Source: Eledone cirrhosa
Lineage: Eukaryota
Assembly (NCBI GenBank): GCA_964016885.1
Contig: OZ024742.1
Span: 238,762,001 to 238,826,000, forward strand
Direction: 5' to 3'
Length of the DNA: 64,000 nt
A model generated the notes under the pieces. That model made no database searches. It was not told the DNA's origin and was given only the letters and a program-made list of their open reading frames with translations. This document shows positions 14,474 through 29,400 of the stretch, in pieces. Every line of letters begins with the position of its first letter. Position 1 is the first letter of the stretch. The position numbers and the translations under genes were made by a program.

Positions 14474-17400
14474 TATATACATATACATATATACATATAT
14501 ACATATATATATAGATATATATATATACATATATATATGTGTATACATATATTTATATATACATATATATATGTGTATACATATATTTATATATACATAT
14601 ATATGTACACTTATATATGTACATATATATGTGTGTGTATATACATATCAAATGTAAGTGTACAATCCAATCAAGAAGGAGAGATTAGAGATTAGTTGTG
14701 AGAATTATAAGCCAGTGGCAAAGAGGACAGTGTGCTCAATATGTATAAGATGCAAGACAAGCATGCAGTGAAAGCAAGCAGGAGAAATAAAGTCATGCAA
14801 TAAGTATACAGGCAGAGCGTAAATATAAAAAATTATAGTAGGAGAATAAACAACCAAAATTCTATCTACCCATAGTTTGCTTAATAATGTAATTGCACAG
14901 AGTCATCATTCTAATAATAATAGAAATAGAAAGAACAAGCCTTCTTGTAACAATGGACTGCTTCCCACTCCTAGCAATGAGTTTAAAATTAAATGTAGTA
15001 GAAACCCTAAACATCCTAATCAACTAGATTCCTATAATAGTAAAAATTCACACATTAATACAAATAATAGCTTAAAAAATACTCTATATATACCTGTAAA
15101 CCCTCCTTGTGCCAGAAGTACTCCTCACCATAAAAGGTTTAGAAATATTTCCTGGTATAATCCTGCGTTCTCCCATACCGTGGTGTCTAACCTCCCTAAA
15201 AAGTTCTTCTCCTTCGAATGCAGTAACTTCCCACTTAATCATAAGTACTATAGATTATTTAACAAAAATAATGTTAAAATTTCTGTCTCTACTACTCCTA
15301 ACTTTGTAGACCATATCACTTTTAGTAACCATAGAAAATTAAATAAACATCGAGCCTCTCTTAGTTTTAATCTACCTGTACCATTTGACTCTTTAAATAC
15401 TAATAGTTTTAACTTAAATAGGTCTTCTATTAACTCCCCTCTCACCTCTCTTTCAAGTGACTCTTTTACTAATTCTAACTCCAGTGCTTCCAATGTAATC
15501 TGTAATTGTAGAAATCATAATAATTGCCCTCTTGACGGTCGCTGTCTACTTAATAGCATAGTATATAGATGCACTGTTAACACCCAAAGTGTACATTGGA
15601 GCTACCGCTAACAGATTCAAGACTTGATTTAATTCCCATGTACATTCATTTAAGAATAGAAAATTAAAAAATACCACTTCTTTAGCAAGATATATTAATG
15701 AGCTGGAGGTGTCTAATGCTGAATACACTTTGGTCTGGGACACCTTAGCTAAATCCTCCCCATATAGTGGTTGGAAGGGGCATTGCGATCTCTGTTTTCA
15801 AACCTAGTCCAATTAATGATTGCAATGAAATTGTAATTAATTATCATCGATTGGCCTACTCGTTCTCTAACAGAGTTTTTGATCCTGCTTCGATTCTAAT
15901 AGTTAACTTAGCCACTTTTTTACCTTTCTTACTTATTCTGCCTACCATCCTAACCTATTTATAACTTGATGTTTACTCTCTTCACACTCTAGCTACAATA
16001 ATTATTAATCCCACCTTGTATAATTATCTATTACTCCTCATTCAAATCTTCTAGACCTTCTTTCCTAGATTAATAAGCAATTTTTATTATCCGTTCCCTT
16101 TTATTTATATTCTTTTTAAGTTACTGTAGGTTATAGCTATCTAAGTATCACACACGTCCCTAGGTATCTCTCCTCCTATAATACTATTTATTATGAACCT
16201 CTACCTTGAAAGACCTTTTCTTTTCTTTTCCTTCAGTTACATATGTGATATTATATAATCTTTGACTACATTCTTTATAAGGCAGTTTTTTAATTTTTAT
16301 ATTTATAATTAATGGAGGCACATGGCTTAGTGGTTAGAGCATTGGGCTTGCAATCGAAAGGTTGGGAGTTCAATTCTCAGACCGGGTGATGTGTTGTTTC
16401 CTTGAGCAAGATACTTTATTTCACATTGCTCCAGTTTACTCAGCTGTAGAAATGAGATGATAGGGACTGGGGTCCCTATCATTCCACTGCAAAGTGGTCG
16501 TGTAGGTGCCACGGCAAAAAAAGCACCCAGCACTCACTGTAAATGAGGTTGGTGTTAGGAAGGGCATCCAGCTGTAGAAATCAAGCCAGAATCAGTTCCC
16601 GTCCCACCCTTGCAAGCAGGGAAAAGCGGACATAAAATGAAATGATGATGATGATGATAATTATAAGTAATCTTAGTTCTGCATCTCCTTTTGCCTTAGC
16701 TTAACACTTTAACATCCTCTTATCTTCTTATTTGTATAATTTCTATACACCTGTTTTTGACCCCAAACTTAGCCCTTCCCCTCTCACTAAACTTAACACA
16801 CACACTAGATAAACACTTGTCTAGTAATAGACTGACGTGTTATACCCTGGTATACCTAACTAGGTCATTAAATATGATTAATAAGCATTTCTATTCTTTC
16901 CTTATCTAACCCCTTATTTTTATTTTTTAATACTTTTTTTTATTGCATTATAAAAAAATATTTATTCTTTTCTTTAATTAATTTGTTCTTAAAAGATTAT
17001 GTAATATTAACAAGTTTAAGTGATTTTTCTCATTGTGTCGTATCACATCAATATCGATGATTTATTTCTACTGTAAGGAATAATACTGACACCTTATGTC
17101 TTTCTTTAATTGTAACCTAATTATATTAACTATAATTTCCAATCTAAGTATTTTTTTTTCATTTTAATCGATTTTTAGAACCGAATAATCTCCCTTTCAT
17201 TTATGTCAATCCACTGAAATTATGGCATTTAACCCATTTCTCAACTAAATAATGTAATTTTACTGGCCAAGAAGTGGATTAACAAGACAATAAAGGTAGT
17301 TAGAGTAAGTAATAGAATCATTAAGATTATATTAGTTGTAGGCAATAGACTGCTGACAATTATCTCTACCTATGCTCCCCAAGCGGGCCTAGGTAAAGAA

Positions 17401-20400
17401 GAGAAGGACTGCTTTTACAAGCAACTTTTAGAGACAACCACAGTGACGGAGGACAGAGACCTAGTCATACTAGCAGGTGACTTCAATGGTCATGTTCGAC
17501 AGCTCCAGGATGGATACACAGGGGTACATGGTGGTTATGATTATGGCTCAAGAAACTGATGCACGTGAACTAACCCTTTGCAACACTAACTTCAGGAAAC
17601 CTGCCAATCACCTACTAACCAGACAGACAGATGGTTACGAATACTAAGGCATACCCTGGGGAAGAATGTACCCTCCCCAACATAGGTTAGTTGTTAGTGA
17701 CATCTCAATAAGCAAGAGACAGAATTAGACACACAGGAAGGTATGGAAGCTAAAGGACCTTTCATTCAAATATAAGTTTAGGAAACCCTACAAGATGTGT
17801 ATGACGAGAAAGAAGATGAATTAGAATTGTATGATCTAGAAAATAACTGGAAGTTCTTACGTGACAACCTACAGCACGCAACTGAAGAGACTTGTGGCTA
17901 GAGCAAAGATCCAACCAGACAGAGGGTGACTTGGTGGTGGAACAGCATGGTACATAGAGCCATTAAAGAGAAAAGACAGGATTGGAAAAATGTGTGGGGG
18001 GGGGGGGGGGGATAGAGACCGATACTCAGCTGCTAAAAGAGAGGCTAGACGTCAGGTATACATAGCATGCAGTGAAGCAGAGGGAAGGAGGTTTGCCAAT
18101 GTTCTGTGACAACAAATTCTTCAATTGCTAAATAATTCTGCAACAACCCCTATCTTTGCATGCAATAAGAGTACAAACATAACTACAGATCTCGTCCAAG
18201 CTTTTGGTATTTTCTTCTAAGATCAAAGTATTAGAAACATCAAGAATTATTAACAGTAAGTATTATAAGAGTAGTCATTAAACAATAAATAGATCATAAA
18301 TATGATGAAAAAATAATTTTTCTTACCTGTAAGATAGGAACTGAAGGCACTAGATGTTCCAGTTTGAGTTAAAATTGCATAATTTAGTAAGTCAAGCTTT
18401 CGAATAACTAATTTTAGGATCTTTCTGTTACAAAAGAAAAGTTATAAAAGATTACAAGAAACTATTTAAAAATGAAAGGTTTGGTAACAAGAATTTAATT
18501 ATATAGAAATATAGCATCATATGTAAGACTACAAAATAGTATTATTATATACTAGCTGACAGTGGAGATGACGAAGGACCATGACAAGTGGAGAGATGCT
18601 GTGCTGAATAGGATCCGTCCCACCCTTGCAAGCAGGGAAAAGCAGACGTAAAATGATGATGATGATGATGATGACGATGATGATGATGGCAGTGGATTGA
18701 CAGTATGTCATGCTTTGCAACATAGAGTTACGGCCATTTATGGTCTGAGTTCAAATTCCGCTGAGGTTAACTTTGCCTTTCATCCTTACGGAGTTGATAA
18801 AATAAGGCACCAATAATGAACTGGGATAATTGCTGGCCTTGTGCCAAAAATAGAAACAATTATATAGTAGGAAGCAAAATACAGAAAAATATTCAAAAAT
18901 ACTTCTAAATAACTGTATATTGTTTCAATTTATTGCTCTAAGTATATATTTAATAGTAGATATTAATTGTCTGATGAAATTAAATGTAGAAAGTTATCTA
19001 AGTGAAACATTTTTTTAGATAAGAAATTGATGTGAAATTATATGTAAAATATAAATAGCTAATAAGGTCTGATCAGCCATGCTCAAACAGTAACTGGTTG
19101 ATTATTTGGGTGTGACTTATTAGATCCAGCATTCTGAGCTTTCCATGCCTTTGGAACTGCACATTTTTTTTTTACCCTAGGCATACCTAAGATCAAATGC
19201 AGTCTAGTCATGACCATCCTGCCATTTTCCTAGGGCCAGTGCATGCAGAACCACATTATTGGGTCGTCAAGTATGACATTTTTAAAAAATTGTTTTTTTT
19301 TCTACAAATTTCATACTTGACGACCCAATATCTAATATGTCTATTTTAAGAACAACAGGGCATAACATGAGGGCATTTAGCTGTTATTTCTAGAGTGTGA
19401 CCAGTATCAAATTTGTTATTGTTCAACCAGTAGGATATTCTTCCTGCTATTGGAATATATTGTCACTGAATTCACATCCATAATGTATATTCTCTATATT
19501 AGGTACATCTGTGTTAAGAAAATAATTGTTTCTACATTTGGCACAAGGCCAGTAATTATCCCAGTGCATTACTGGTACTTTATTTTATCGACCCCGTAAG
19601 GATGAAAGGCAAAGTTAACCTTGGCGGGATTTGAACTCAGAATGGCGTGTTAAGAAAATAATGAATCTTTTATTTTGAAAATTTCAAGGTATGGAACTTC
19701 ATCATTTAACATCTGTCTTCCCTGCTAGCGGATAGGATGAGTTGTAGCAGAGCAAGTCAGAACTTAATTGGGACTCAGATGGGCCTGTGACCTGCATTTT
19801 CTTTACATACATTCACACACTCTACTGGGTGCATTTAATCATGGCACCAGCACTAGGGAGGCTGTCATGTCGTTCACACAACTGAAGAATCCTCCTGAAC
19901 CTTTGTTTGGCACTTGGCTTTAGAGACTTCATCACATATGTGGTTTCAAATTTAAATGCTAGCAATGTTTCACATGTAGACAAAGGAATCTCCAATACAT
20001 ATTTATTGAATCAATTTCAGAATATGCTGGTATTAATTTAGTTATTCCTTTAAAATCTCACACAGCTTAAAGTGTTCACTGACATTTTACTGATTCTGCT
20101 TTCTTTATCATGCTTATTATTGTAATAATAATGTCAGAAATTATAGTAGAAACCTGATAGAGCATAGTAAGTCTCTAACAACATCACATAATAAATAAAA
20201 ATATTTATTTTACTGCAAATTTTTACAGTGATCTGTCCATTAGTAAAATTCTATAAACATTGAATTAATAAGCACATTTTTAGAGATCTTAAGAGTTAAA
20301 TAACTGGTAAAAATAAAATAGAGACAATTACATAATTAAAATAATTATTTTATTATGGCTCCATTCAGTGAGCCAAGTTAGGGCATCACCTTCAAATGAG

Positions 20401-23400
20401 GCATAATTCAAAAAAAAATCTGTTTTTGTTTTGTCTCCTAATTCTACATCAAATTCTTACCTGAAATCAGGATTATTTTTGGCCATGTCACCAATCCTTG
20501 ATATGGTGTAAGTTGAAAATTCAGAATTCTCTTCTTTTTTAAGTGATCTGAGAACTTCTTCCAAAACCAATGGACAAACATCGGTTCTTACTAAAACTTC
20601 CAGGGCAGCAAGACGTGTACTGCTCTGATGAGTTTTATCTTTGAAAATTTGGAGCAATACAGGAACAGCCTAAAAATTAACATACCATTAATTAAATTTA
20701 TCATGGTATAAAATTCTAGTTTTAGTTCTCAATAAGGAAGCTAAATAAATGAATTATCATCATCATCATCATCATCATCACTGTTTAACACCATATTTCC
20801 ATGCTAGCATGGGTTAGGTGAGTTGTCCTGTTGTGAGCAATGCTAGGTCAGGTGACCTTGTCTTGCTCATACACAAGTGATTTTGGCTTGGTTTCTACAG
20901 CTGGATGCCCTTCCTGATGCCAACCACATTTAGAGTGAGTACTGGTGCTTTTTATCATGACACCTACATGACCACTTTACAGTGTGGGCTGGGGACTGTC
21001 ATGCGAAAGGTGTGAGGGGATGGGTGAGGCGGGTATATGGGCATGTGTGAGGAGCAGAGTGTTAGGATGTGGGAGGAGGTGATGCATACCAGATGTATAC
21101 TTCAGCCTGTGCTCATGGAAATGAAGGTCTTCTGTATTACTGCATAATGTGAGAGATCTCGGTCCTGTGTCATCAGCTTTGAGAGGTGCAATTGTGCAAG
21201 GTCAGCATTTATCACCTCATTCCAAGTTTTCCTGGGTCTCCCCATTCCAAGGCTTCCATCAACTTTGAGCGCTCTGCACCTTTTTATACAGCTGTCATCC
21301 TTCATACTCATTACATTATCATCATCACCGTTTTACGTCGATGTCTCCACACTAGCATGGGTTAGACAGATTGTCCTGTTTTGGGCAATGCCGTGTCTTT
21401 CTCATACAGGGCTGATTTTGGCTCGGTTTGTACAGCTGGATGCCCTTCCTAACACCAACCTTATTTACAGTGAGTACTGGGTGCTTTTTTACTCTGGCAT
21501 CCATACCAATGCAATCTGCTCTCCTGCACACTGCATCTGATTCCACTTATACCTGGTTTCTCTCTCAGTTCATTTATGCTTTGGCGTTCACATACATTAC
21601 TATTACTATTACACATCCATCGGAGTATGCAAGCTTCATTTCTTTCCAATTTTGCAAGTCTTCTGCACACAGTGCCTAGGTCTCACTGCCACACAACATT
21701 GCTGCATCATACAATCTGCCTTTCATTTTGAGGGAAACGTCTTTTGCAGCTAGCAGCGGTATTAGCTCTCTGAACTTCTTCCATCCCATTTTCACTCTAG
21801 CTACTGTACTTTCAGAACATCCACCACTGCTGCTAATTTTGTCACCTAGGTAGCAGAAGCTGACTACTGTTCCTACCAAGCCCTCCCAGAATTTGGTAGT
21901 GCTTGTTTCCTGTGGTCATTTGTTGCTTACTGCTCCAGTGCAACAGCTACATGTAAAACCTATGTTCTTAGCTAAGCTACCCAAGATCTATGTTCTTAGC
22001 TAAGCTACTGACAGTCAAAAGCTTTCTCCAGACCAACAAATGCCAGGTAGAGTGCATTACTTTTAGCTAGGTACTTCTGCAGTTGCCAGGTGCTTTTACC
22101 TGGTACAAATTCAAACTGCATCTCATCTAGGTTAACCCAGTCCCTAATCAGCTGGGCTATAACACTTTCTGTTACTTTCATGACTGTCCATCAACTTGAT
22201 GCCTATATAGTTTCCTCTATCTTGTGCATCTCCTTTACCTTTGTAGCAGTTGATAATGATGCTGCTGCGCCAGTTATTTGGTATGTCACCATTTAGTATT
22301 ACTTGGTATACAATACAAGTGGTTAATGTGTGACCCACCAATCCAGATGTTTTCATCATCTTGGTAACAATTCTTGATGGACTGGCTGCTTTCCCGGTCT
22401 TCATATCCTTAATTGCCTTACTTACTACACTGTTTCCGACTTTATGAATGAACCTTCTGTTGGGTCCACTTGGTGTAGGCTCTCTTTCTCCCATGCATTC
22501 TCCTCATTCAATAATTTTTCAAAATGTCTCTTCCATGCTACTTTTTTTTCAGCATCTGTGAGGGCAAATGTGCCTTTATCATCATGGATACACTTCTCAC
22601 TAATGACATCACAATTTTCCCTAACTCACTGCCTTGCAATCCTGGTCTTCACGCTGTAAAACATGCTTGAATTTTTTTTATTGCAAAGTATATTCGTTGT
22701 CTAGCTCCCCTCCTGGCCTCTATGTAGTGTACCACGCTTCCCCCATTCTTCCATTTTTTTCCTTGCCTGTCTCTTGGCCTTAATTGTCTCATCTACCTCA
22801 TTGTTCCATCACCATGTCGCTCTCCTTCTCTCTGTAGCCCTGCTCTATCCTTGGATCTTGTCTGTTGCCTTCAGCAGATTATAATCTGGGGACAATTATC
22901 TTTCAGGAACTCCCAATGCTCTTATATATTGAATGTCACTATTCGTTCTTCATTACTGTCGTAGGAGTTGAGCAAAATATCTCTAAATTTGCTACTGGCT
23001 AAGGGCTATTTCAACTTCCATATCCTTCTCCTGGTTGCCTTCTGTCTCCAAGTTTGTTATATATACGTGTGTGTGTGTGTGCTTGTGTGTATATATATAT
23101 ATATTCATTTTTAAGTTGACTTTTCCATACTGGCATGGGTGGCACAGGACTTTTTGAGGCAATATTTTACAGCTGGATGTCCTTCCTGACAACCCTTTTA
23201 GTTGCTTCTTACAACATGCAAGGATACAGTCTACCTATTCTAAGCCAGAAACATAGTTAATAGTGTGTGTATGTGTGGATTTACATTTACTTAGCCGTTT
23301 GACAAAAAGAGATTGATAAAATAAGTACTGAGGCTGAAATGATCGACTAGACTAAATACCTTCAAGAAGGTGCTCAAGCATGACAGCAGTCTGAAGACAG

Positions 23401-26400
23401 CAACCAATAAAAGAGTAAAACATTAAAAGAAAAGTAGGAAAATGATTACAAACCTCAGCTGCAATAACCTCTTTCTTGAAACGCCGCAGAGAATAAATAG
23501 CTGTGCTGGGAATACTTGCATAATCAGTTTGAAGTGATTTTTCCAGCAGAATTGGCAAAAATTCTTTTAAGCCTGCATTTCCCATTGATCGAATATACAT
23601 TAATTGACATTCTTCAGTCTTACATTTTGCCATCAAACTCTTAGTCGTCAGTATATATTCTTTAACAATCTAAAATTTAATGTGCACATGACAAACAGAA
23701 TGCAGAATTTATCAGTGTTGATACAAACAAGACTACAGCATCAAAAGCACATAATAATTGAAAAAAAAAACATATATAATATTGCGATAATTATTTTATG
23801 GAAATATATAAAATATGTATAAAGATAAAAATTTTAACTTGGAGAGAACACACATACAGGCACGGATGCACACACACACAAAGTTTGTCAAAAAAATATC
23901 CGTCTTTATTTTATTTCCGTGGAGAAATACTGACATTAGGCAGCAGACAACTGTGCAGAATGAAGCCACATACATTCACATGTATGCATGGTTTTGCCAA
24001 GCTCACTAGATACATCAGTCACTGTCAAGGAGCCAGCATGTGAGGTACTGAACTACTTATTCATTGTATTTTCATTTTACCCATGATGACAGAATGTGTG
24101 GAGCAAGGATCTTGCATTAAATTTTACCAAAAGCTTCGAGATACCCAAGTAGAAACAATTTGCTAAATTCAACAAGCTTTCAGTGACCATGCTTTTGGTG
24201 TTATCCAAATAAAAGAAGGGTACTATAGGTTCAAAGATGGCCACACATCAATGAAGAGTGACCAACATTCTTGGTGGTGTTAACAAGCTGCAATACAGTT
24301 GTTATAAAAAAAGTGTAGAGCTTGATAATGGAAAATCATTATTTGATGGTGCGAGAAATCAGTGACACGGTTGAGATCAATAAAGATTCTACACATGCAA
24401 TGTTAAAGGAGGATTTGGGCATGTGCAAAGTGGAAGTGAAATTTGTATCCAAGCAGCTTTGACAAGAACAACTTTATTTGGAGATTGCACAATACTTGCT
24501 GGATACTGCCACAAAGGATTCTGAATGCCATGATAAATGGAGATGAGATATAGGTACCACCATATTGGAAGTATTCAATGTCACCAATACCCAAAACTGC
24601 ACATCAAGAGCAGAGTAAAATTAAGTTGATGCTGGCTGTTTTCTTATTAAATATATTTAAAGAACTAACAATGATGAAATACTGAATAATTTAGACTAAC
24701 AGGTAACACAGATAACTGATGGAGTTTCTAGTGAAGTTGAAAAGGTATTGGTTATCATTCATAGATGCCATCAAGTAAGAGAGTAAGCTGTAAATCAGCG
24801 CGTATACTTTTTTTTGAAGGGTGGGGAGTGCTTTTTTTTTTCTTCTTTCTTATGAAGTTAGATTAAGAGAATATGTATGAAGGAGAATGAAAATCTGGAT
24901 TCTAGAAACTGAAGAGATAAGGATATTTTTGGAAAAGGACTGAACAATTAGGGAGAGAGTATGGGAAAATATTGAACTGTTTCATCTTGTAAAACAAGGA
25001 ACTGAAAGGGAATAACTCAATATAATTGTTTCTACTTTTGGCAGAAGGCCAGCAATTACCCAGTGAATTACTGGTACTTTATTTTATCGACCCCGTAAGG
25101 TTGAAAGGCAAAGTTAACCTCGGCGGGATTTGAACTCAGAATGGCAAGGGCCGTTCTGAGTTCAAATCCCGCCAATGAAAGTAATAAGTATTAAGTTCAT
25201 CGGTTAAAAGTTAACAGAATTGTACATTAAACCATCATTAGTATCACTGATATCTTTCAACATCAAGAATTTGATATCATTGAATTTATCACAAGATGGA
25301 ATGGCTCTTCCAGCACATCTCCCTTACCATCCTCTGGGGAAATGCCTTTTCCATTCTGTCTGCCGGGTTCATGTGGCAGCCAGCACGTGGGACTCCATTT
25401 GCTCATGATAGAGAGAGAGATGGAAGCGATGACAGTGGGAGTTCGGACCTGGAGTACAGCATCAGTTATCTGTAAGGAGGTAGTGGTTCAACTACTATTA
25501 TAGAGTAGATATCTGCCTCATTGTTGCCACAACGTAATCATCCTCACATTTTTTCATCCATGTTGATAGTTATCAGATATATAAGCCATTGTTTTATGGG
25601 TGGAGTAAGTAATATTTAATTTCTTCACCAAACTTTAGCAAAACTGTTGTACAACCATTGCAAGCATGGAAAATAGATGTCAAACAGTGATGATGATGTT
25701 ATTTTACAAACACACACGCACACTATCATTTTTTATGTTGACTTTTCTTTGCTGGCATGGGTTAGATGGGACTTTTTAATACAATGCTTTACACCAACTC
25801 TTTTAGCCACTTCTTATGACATGCAGGGATATGGTATACCTATTCTTAACTGGATACAAATGGTGTGTGTGAGAGTATATGCACACACAGAAATAGAGAC
25901 AGACAGATTGACAACAACTTCAAAATGCTAATTTTTTTGTATTAATGTAAACATTTTAGAACATTTGCACCCCACTCAACCCTTTTATCTTACATTTGTA
26001 TTTCATGAATTCTAAATAGAAATTTTAGAAAGTTTTTGACAAATCATGTCATTTGTGCGACAGATGAACAAAAAGCTATGTAGTTATTATAATATAGACT
26101 GTATAAACCTATTTTTTAATCTAATAGAACTCTGACAACAAGGACATAAGAACTGAGTTTCAGTTGGATCTAAGAGTCCTTGTGGCAAGCATGATTTCCT
26201 TTGATGATATTGCCTTCTATCAGATGCATGTGGCAAGCATGATTTCCTTTGATGATATTGCCTTCTATCAGATGCATGTGGCAAGCATGATTTCCTTTGA
26301 TGATATTACCTTCTATCAGATGCATGTGGCAAGCATGATTTCCTTTGATGATATTACCTTCTATCAGATGCATGTGGCAAGCATGATTTCCTTTGATGAT

Positions 26401-29400
26401 ATTACCTTCTATCAGATGCATGTGGCAAGCATGATTTCCTTTGATGATATTGCCTTCTATCAGATGCATGTGGCAAGCATGATTTCCTGTGATGATATTA
26501 CCTTCTATCAGATGCATGTGGCAAGCATGATTTCCTTTGATGATATTGCCTTCTATCAGATGCATGTGGCAAGCATGATTTCCTGTGATGATATTACCTT
26601 CTATCAGATGCATGTGGCAAGCATGATTTCCTTTGATGATATTGCCTTCTATCAGATTCCTATTAATGGTTACTTTCAAATAAGTTGCATTCAATGTCAC
26701 ATTTTCTCCTCTTGAGTAGACAATCAAATGCATCAAATCCCTGAGGAAACATCAATATGATTAAGGTAATAGGAAAGTTTCATGGTCGAGTGATCGGTGA
26801 CTAAACTGGCTCTCCCACCAGACCCTGGTTGAATGAGGAGATTAAGTGGAACCCCAGCAGCACAAAAAACAAGATCTGTTAAAAGGGCAGATGAAATTCT
26901 CAGAATCAATGGCTATCCATCCCATCTATGGGTTAAATAGCCTCACCAACCTGCAATTGGCCAAGTGTGGTGAGTATGGCTACACCTCTGACATATCCAG
27001 AACCAAACAGAAAGCAGTGAAGATCAACAAGGAAGGGGTTCCTCCAACAGGAGTGAGAAGGCCCTGGATTGAATAAGAAAGTATTAAAAGATACGGCATA
27101 ATAGTACATTAAGTATACTGTATTTTAATATACTTACATTTTCCTCGCATTGCTTAGGTACTAAACAGTAAGTAAACATCAAAGCACCAACAGTTAAACC
27201 AATACTTTCTCGTAAATTTTTATTTTTCATATTTTTCTTATATAATGCCTGGAATAAAATTCAATGCTTTGTTTTAGTATATATCTATAGATATTTTATG
27301 GATAATAACAAAAATAGTTTCTGTTATAAAGGAAAGGAAAAGAAAGATGCTGTGTATAATATTCAAATTATTTAAAAAAACAAGAATTTGAAGGAAAAAT
27401 TATTTTAAAAAAACAAGAATTTGAAGGAAAAAAAACAAGAATTTGAAGGAAAAAAAACAAGAATTTGAAGGAATTCTCATTAAGTTGGAGTTTCTAGGTG
27501 GTGGATTGTCAGAATCGGTAGCATGTTTGAAAAATACTTCACATTTAGTTGCAACCCTTTACATTTTGAGTTCCAATCCTGTGGAGGTCAACTTTGCTTT
27601 TTATCCTTCCAAGGTCAATAAAATAAAATACCAGTCAAGTACTGGGTCAATATAATTGACTTTCTGCCTAAATTAGAAATCCTTATTAAGTTGGTGTGGG
27701 GCCATAACTTAAAAAAGATTCTTACATAAAATTATGATGGCATGTCTTTAGATAAATATAAACACTTTAAAGGAAACAGATTTGTATCATAAAACCAAGG
27801 GAGATTTCAAATAGTTTAGTATTAACAGGGTTAAACAAACAAGTGCGGATATTTTAGTCCCATTGACATGACAAGCTTCATTTACTGATATTTAGTGCAA
27901 CAAATGTCAACAAAGGAACCTATGTTGTTATTCCATTTGCTAGAGATAGTAACCAAATTCCCTTAAATGACACCCTAATCTCTTTTAAAAAATGGGTAAA
28001 TTTGAAAATGTAGTCCTAGATACAGAAAGAAGATAGTCATGATTGAAATGCCTTTGATAGTATATCTACTCAGTTAGGGCTGACCTGAGGTTAAATGACA
28101 CTTGACCAGTAGTCCATTGTTGTATGTATGTCAATGTTAAATATTTAAATATTTTCTTAGTTTCATTAATAAAATTTATTTGCAAGAGTTACCTCAGAGA
28201 AGGAAGGGCAGCTTCTACGACCCTTTCCATGGAGCCTGGTAAGATGTTAACCTGAGACTGAAGACCTCACCTGAATAATTGCAGTAGAAGAGAACCTTCT
28301 AAAGGCACCTAAGGATCAGGTGGTAGTGTTAAACCAGGCAACAGATTAAGTCAACCAATCAATAACTAGGACATTATTTTAAACCGATTTCATACAGTTT
28401 CTGTCAACCAAATTTCCCTAACAAAGCCTCAGATGATCCAAAGCTATGGTAGAAGATACTAGCTTGCTCATAGTGCTCTAAAGTGGAATTAAACCTGGTA
28501 ATATGTAGTTGCAAAATAAACTTCTTTACTAAACTGCACCTATGTCTTAAAAATTGTATATTCCTGAATATTTAGAATGTTTTAATGACTAGAAAATGTA
28601 ATATAATTACTTATTACCATAAAATTATTCAGAATGAATTTAGCTGGTTTGGTGGCATAAGCTAAAGTAAAGAGATATCGTTCTGGATAATCAGTGTGAT
28701 CCCCTTCAAAGTTGAGGAGTTCCATGATAGCTTGATGAGCTCCTTTTGACTGAGCTGCACTAGCAATATCAATTAGTTGAGCCCTAAGAAAAAGAAGAAA
28801 TGAGATTAGAACAACAAACAGTAAAGTTGGTGTTTGGGCCAGAACTGAATAAATGTTTTTACATAAAATTATAATGGAATGTCTTTAGATAATTATAAAT
28901 ACTTTTAAAAATAAGTTTTGTATTATAATGCCAAAGATGATTTCAAATGGTTTGATATTAAAAGGGTTAAACAAGTAAGCACAGATAAGAAAAGAAAGAA
29001 ATAGTTTTAGAGTAAGAAACAGCAAAGTTAATTGATCAATATCAAAATTTACATTATATTTTGATACCAAATGCTGTATGAACAGTATAACATATTGGAA
29101 TATTTTTACATGTGGCCGGTGTTCTGGTGCAATAAGTAGCAGCAAGTGCCCACACAATACTAGCTCTTTCAATTGCGCAGAGGGTTCTATAGAAATAGTG
29201 GACAGCTTCCGTTACCTGGGCGATAAAATCAGCAGTGGGGGAGGGTGCTCTGAAAGTACTGTAGCTAGAGTCAGAACTGGTTGGAAAAAGTTCAGAGAGC
29301 TTATACCACTATTAGCTGCTAAAGGGTTCTCCCTAAAAATGAAAGGCAGGTTGTACGATGCCTGCATACGAACAGCAATGTTGCATGGCAGTGAGACCTG

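Noticed and set aside
26164-26736. Repeat-protein ORFs or CRISPR-like array
   Set aside because: Head-to-tail 48-bp units with no unique spacers, intronic, no supporting splice or coding evidence.
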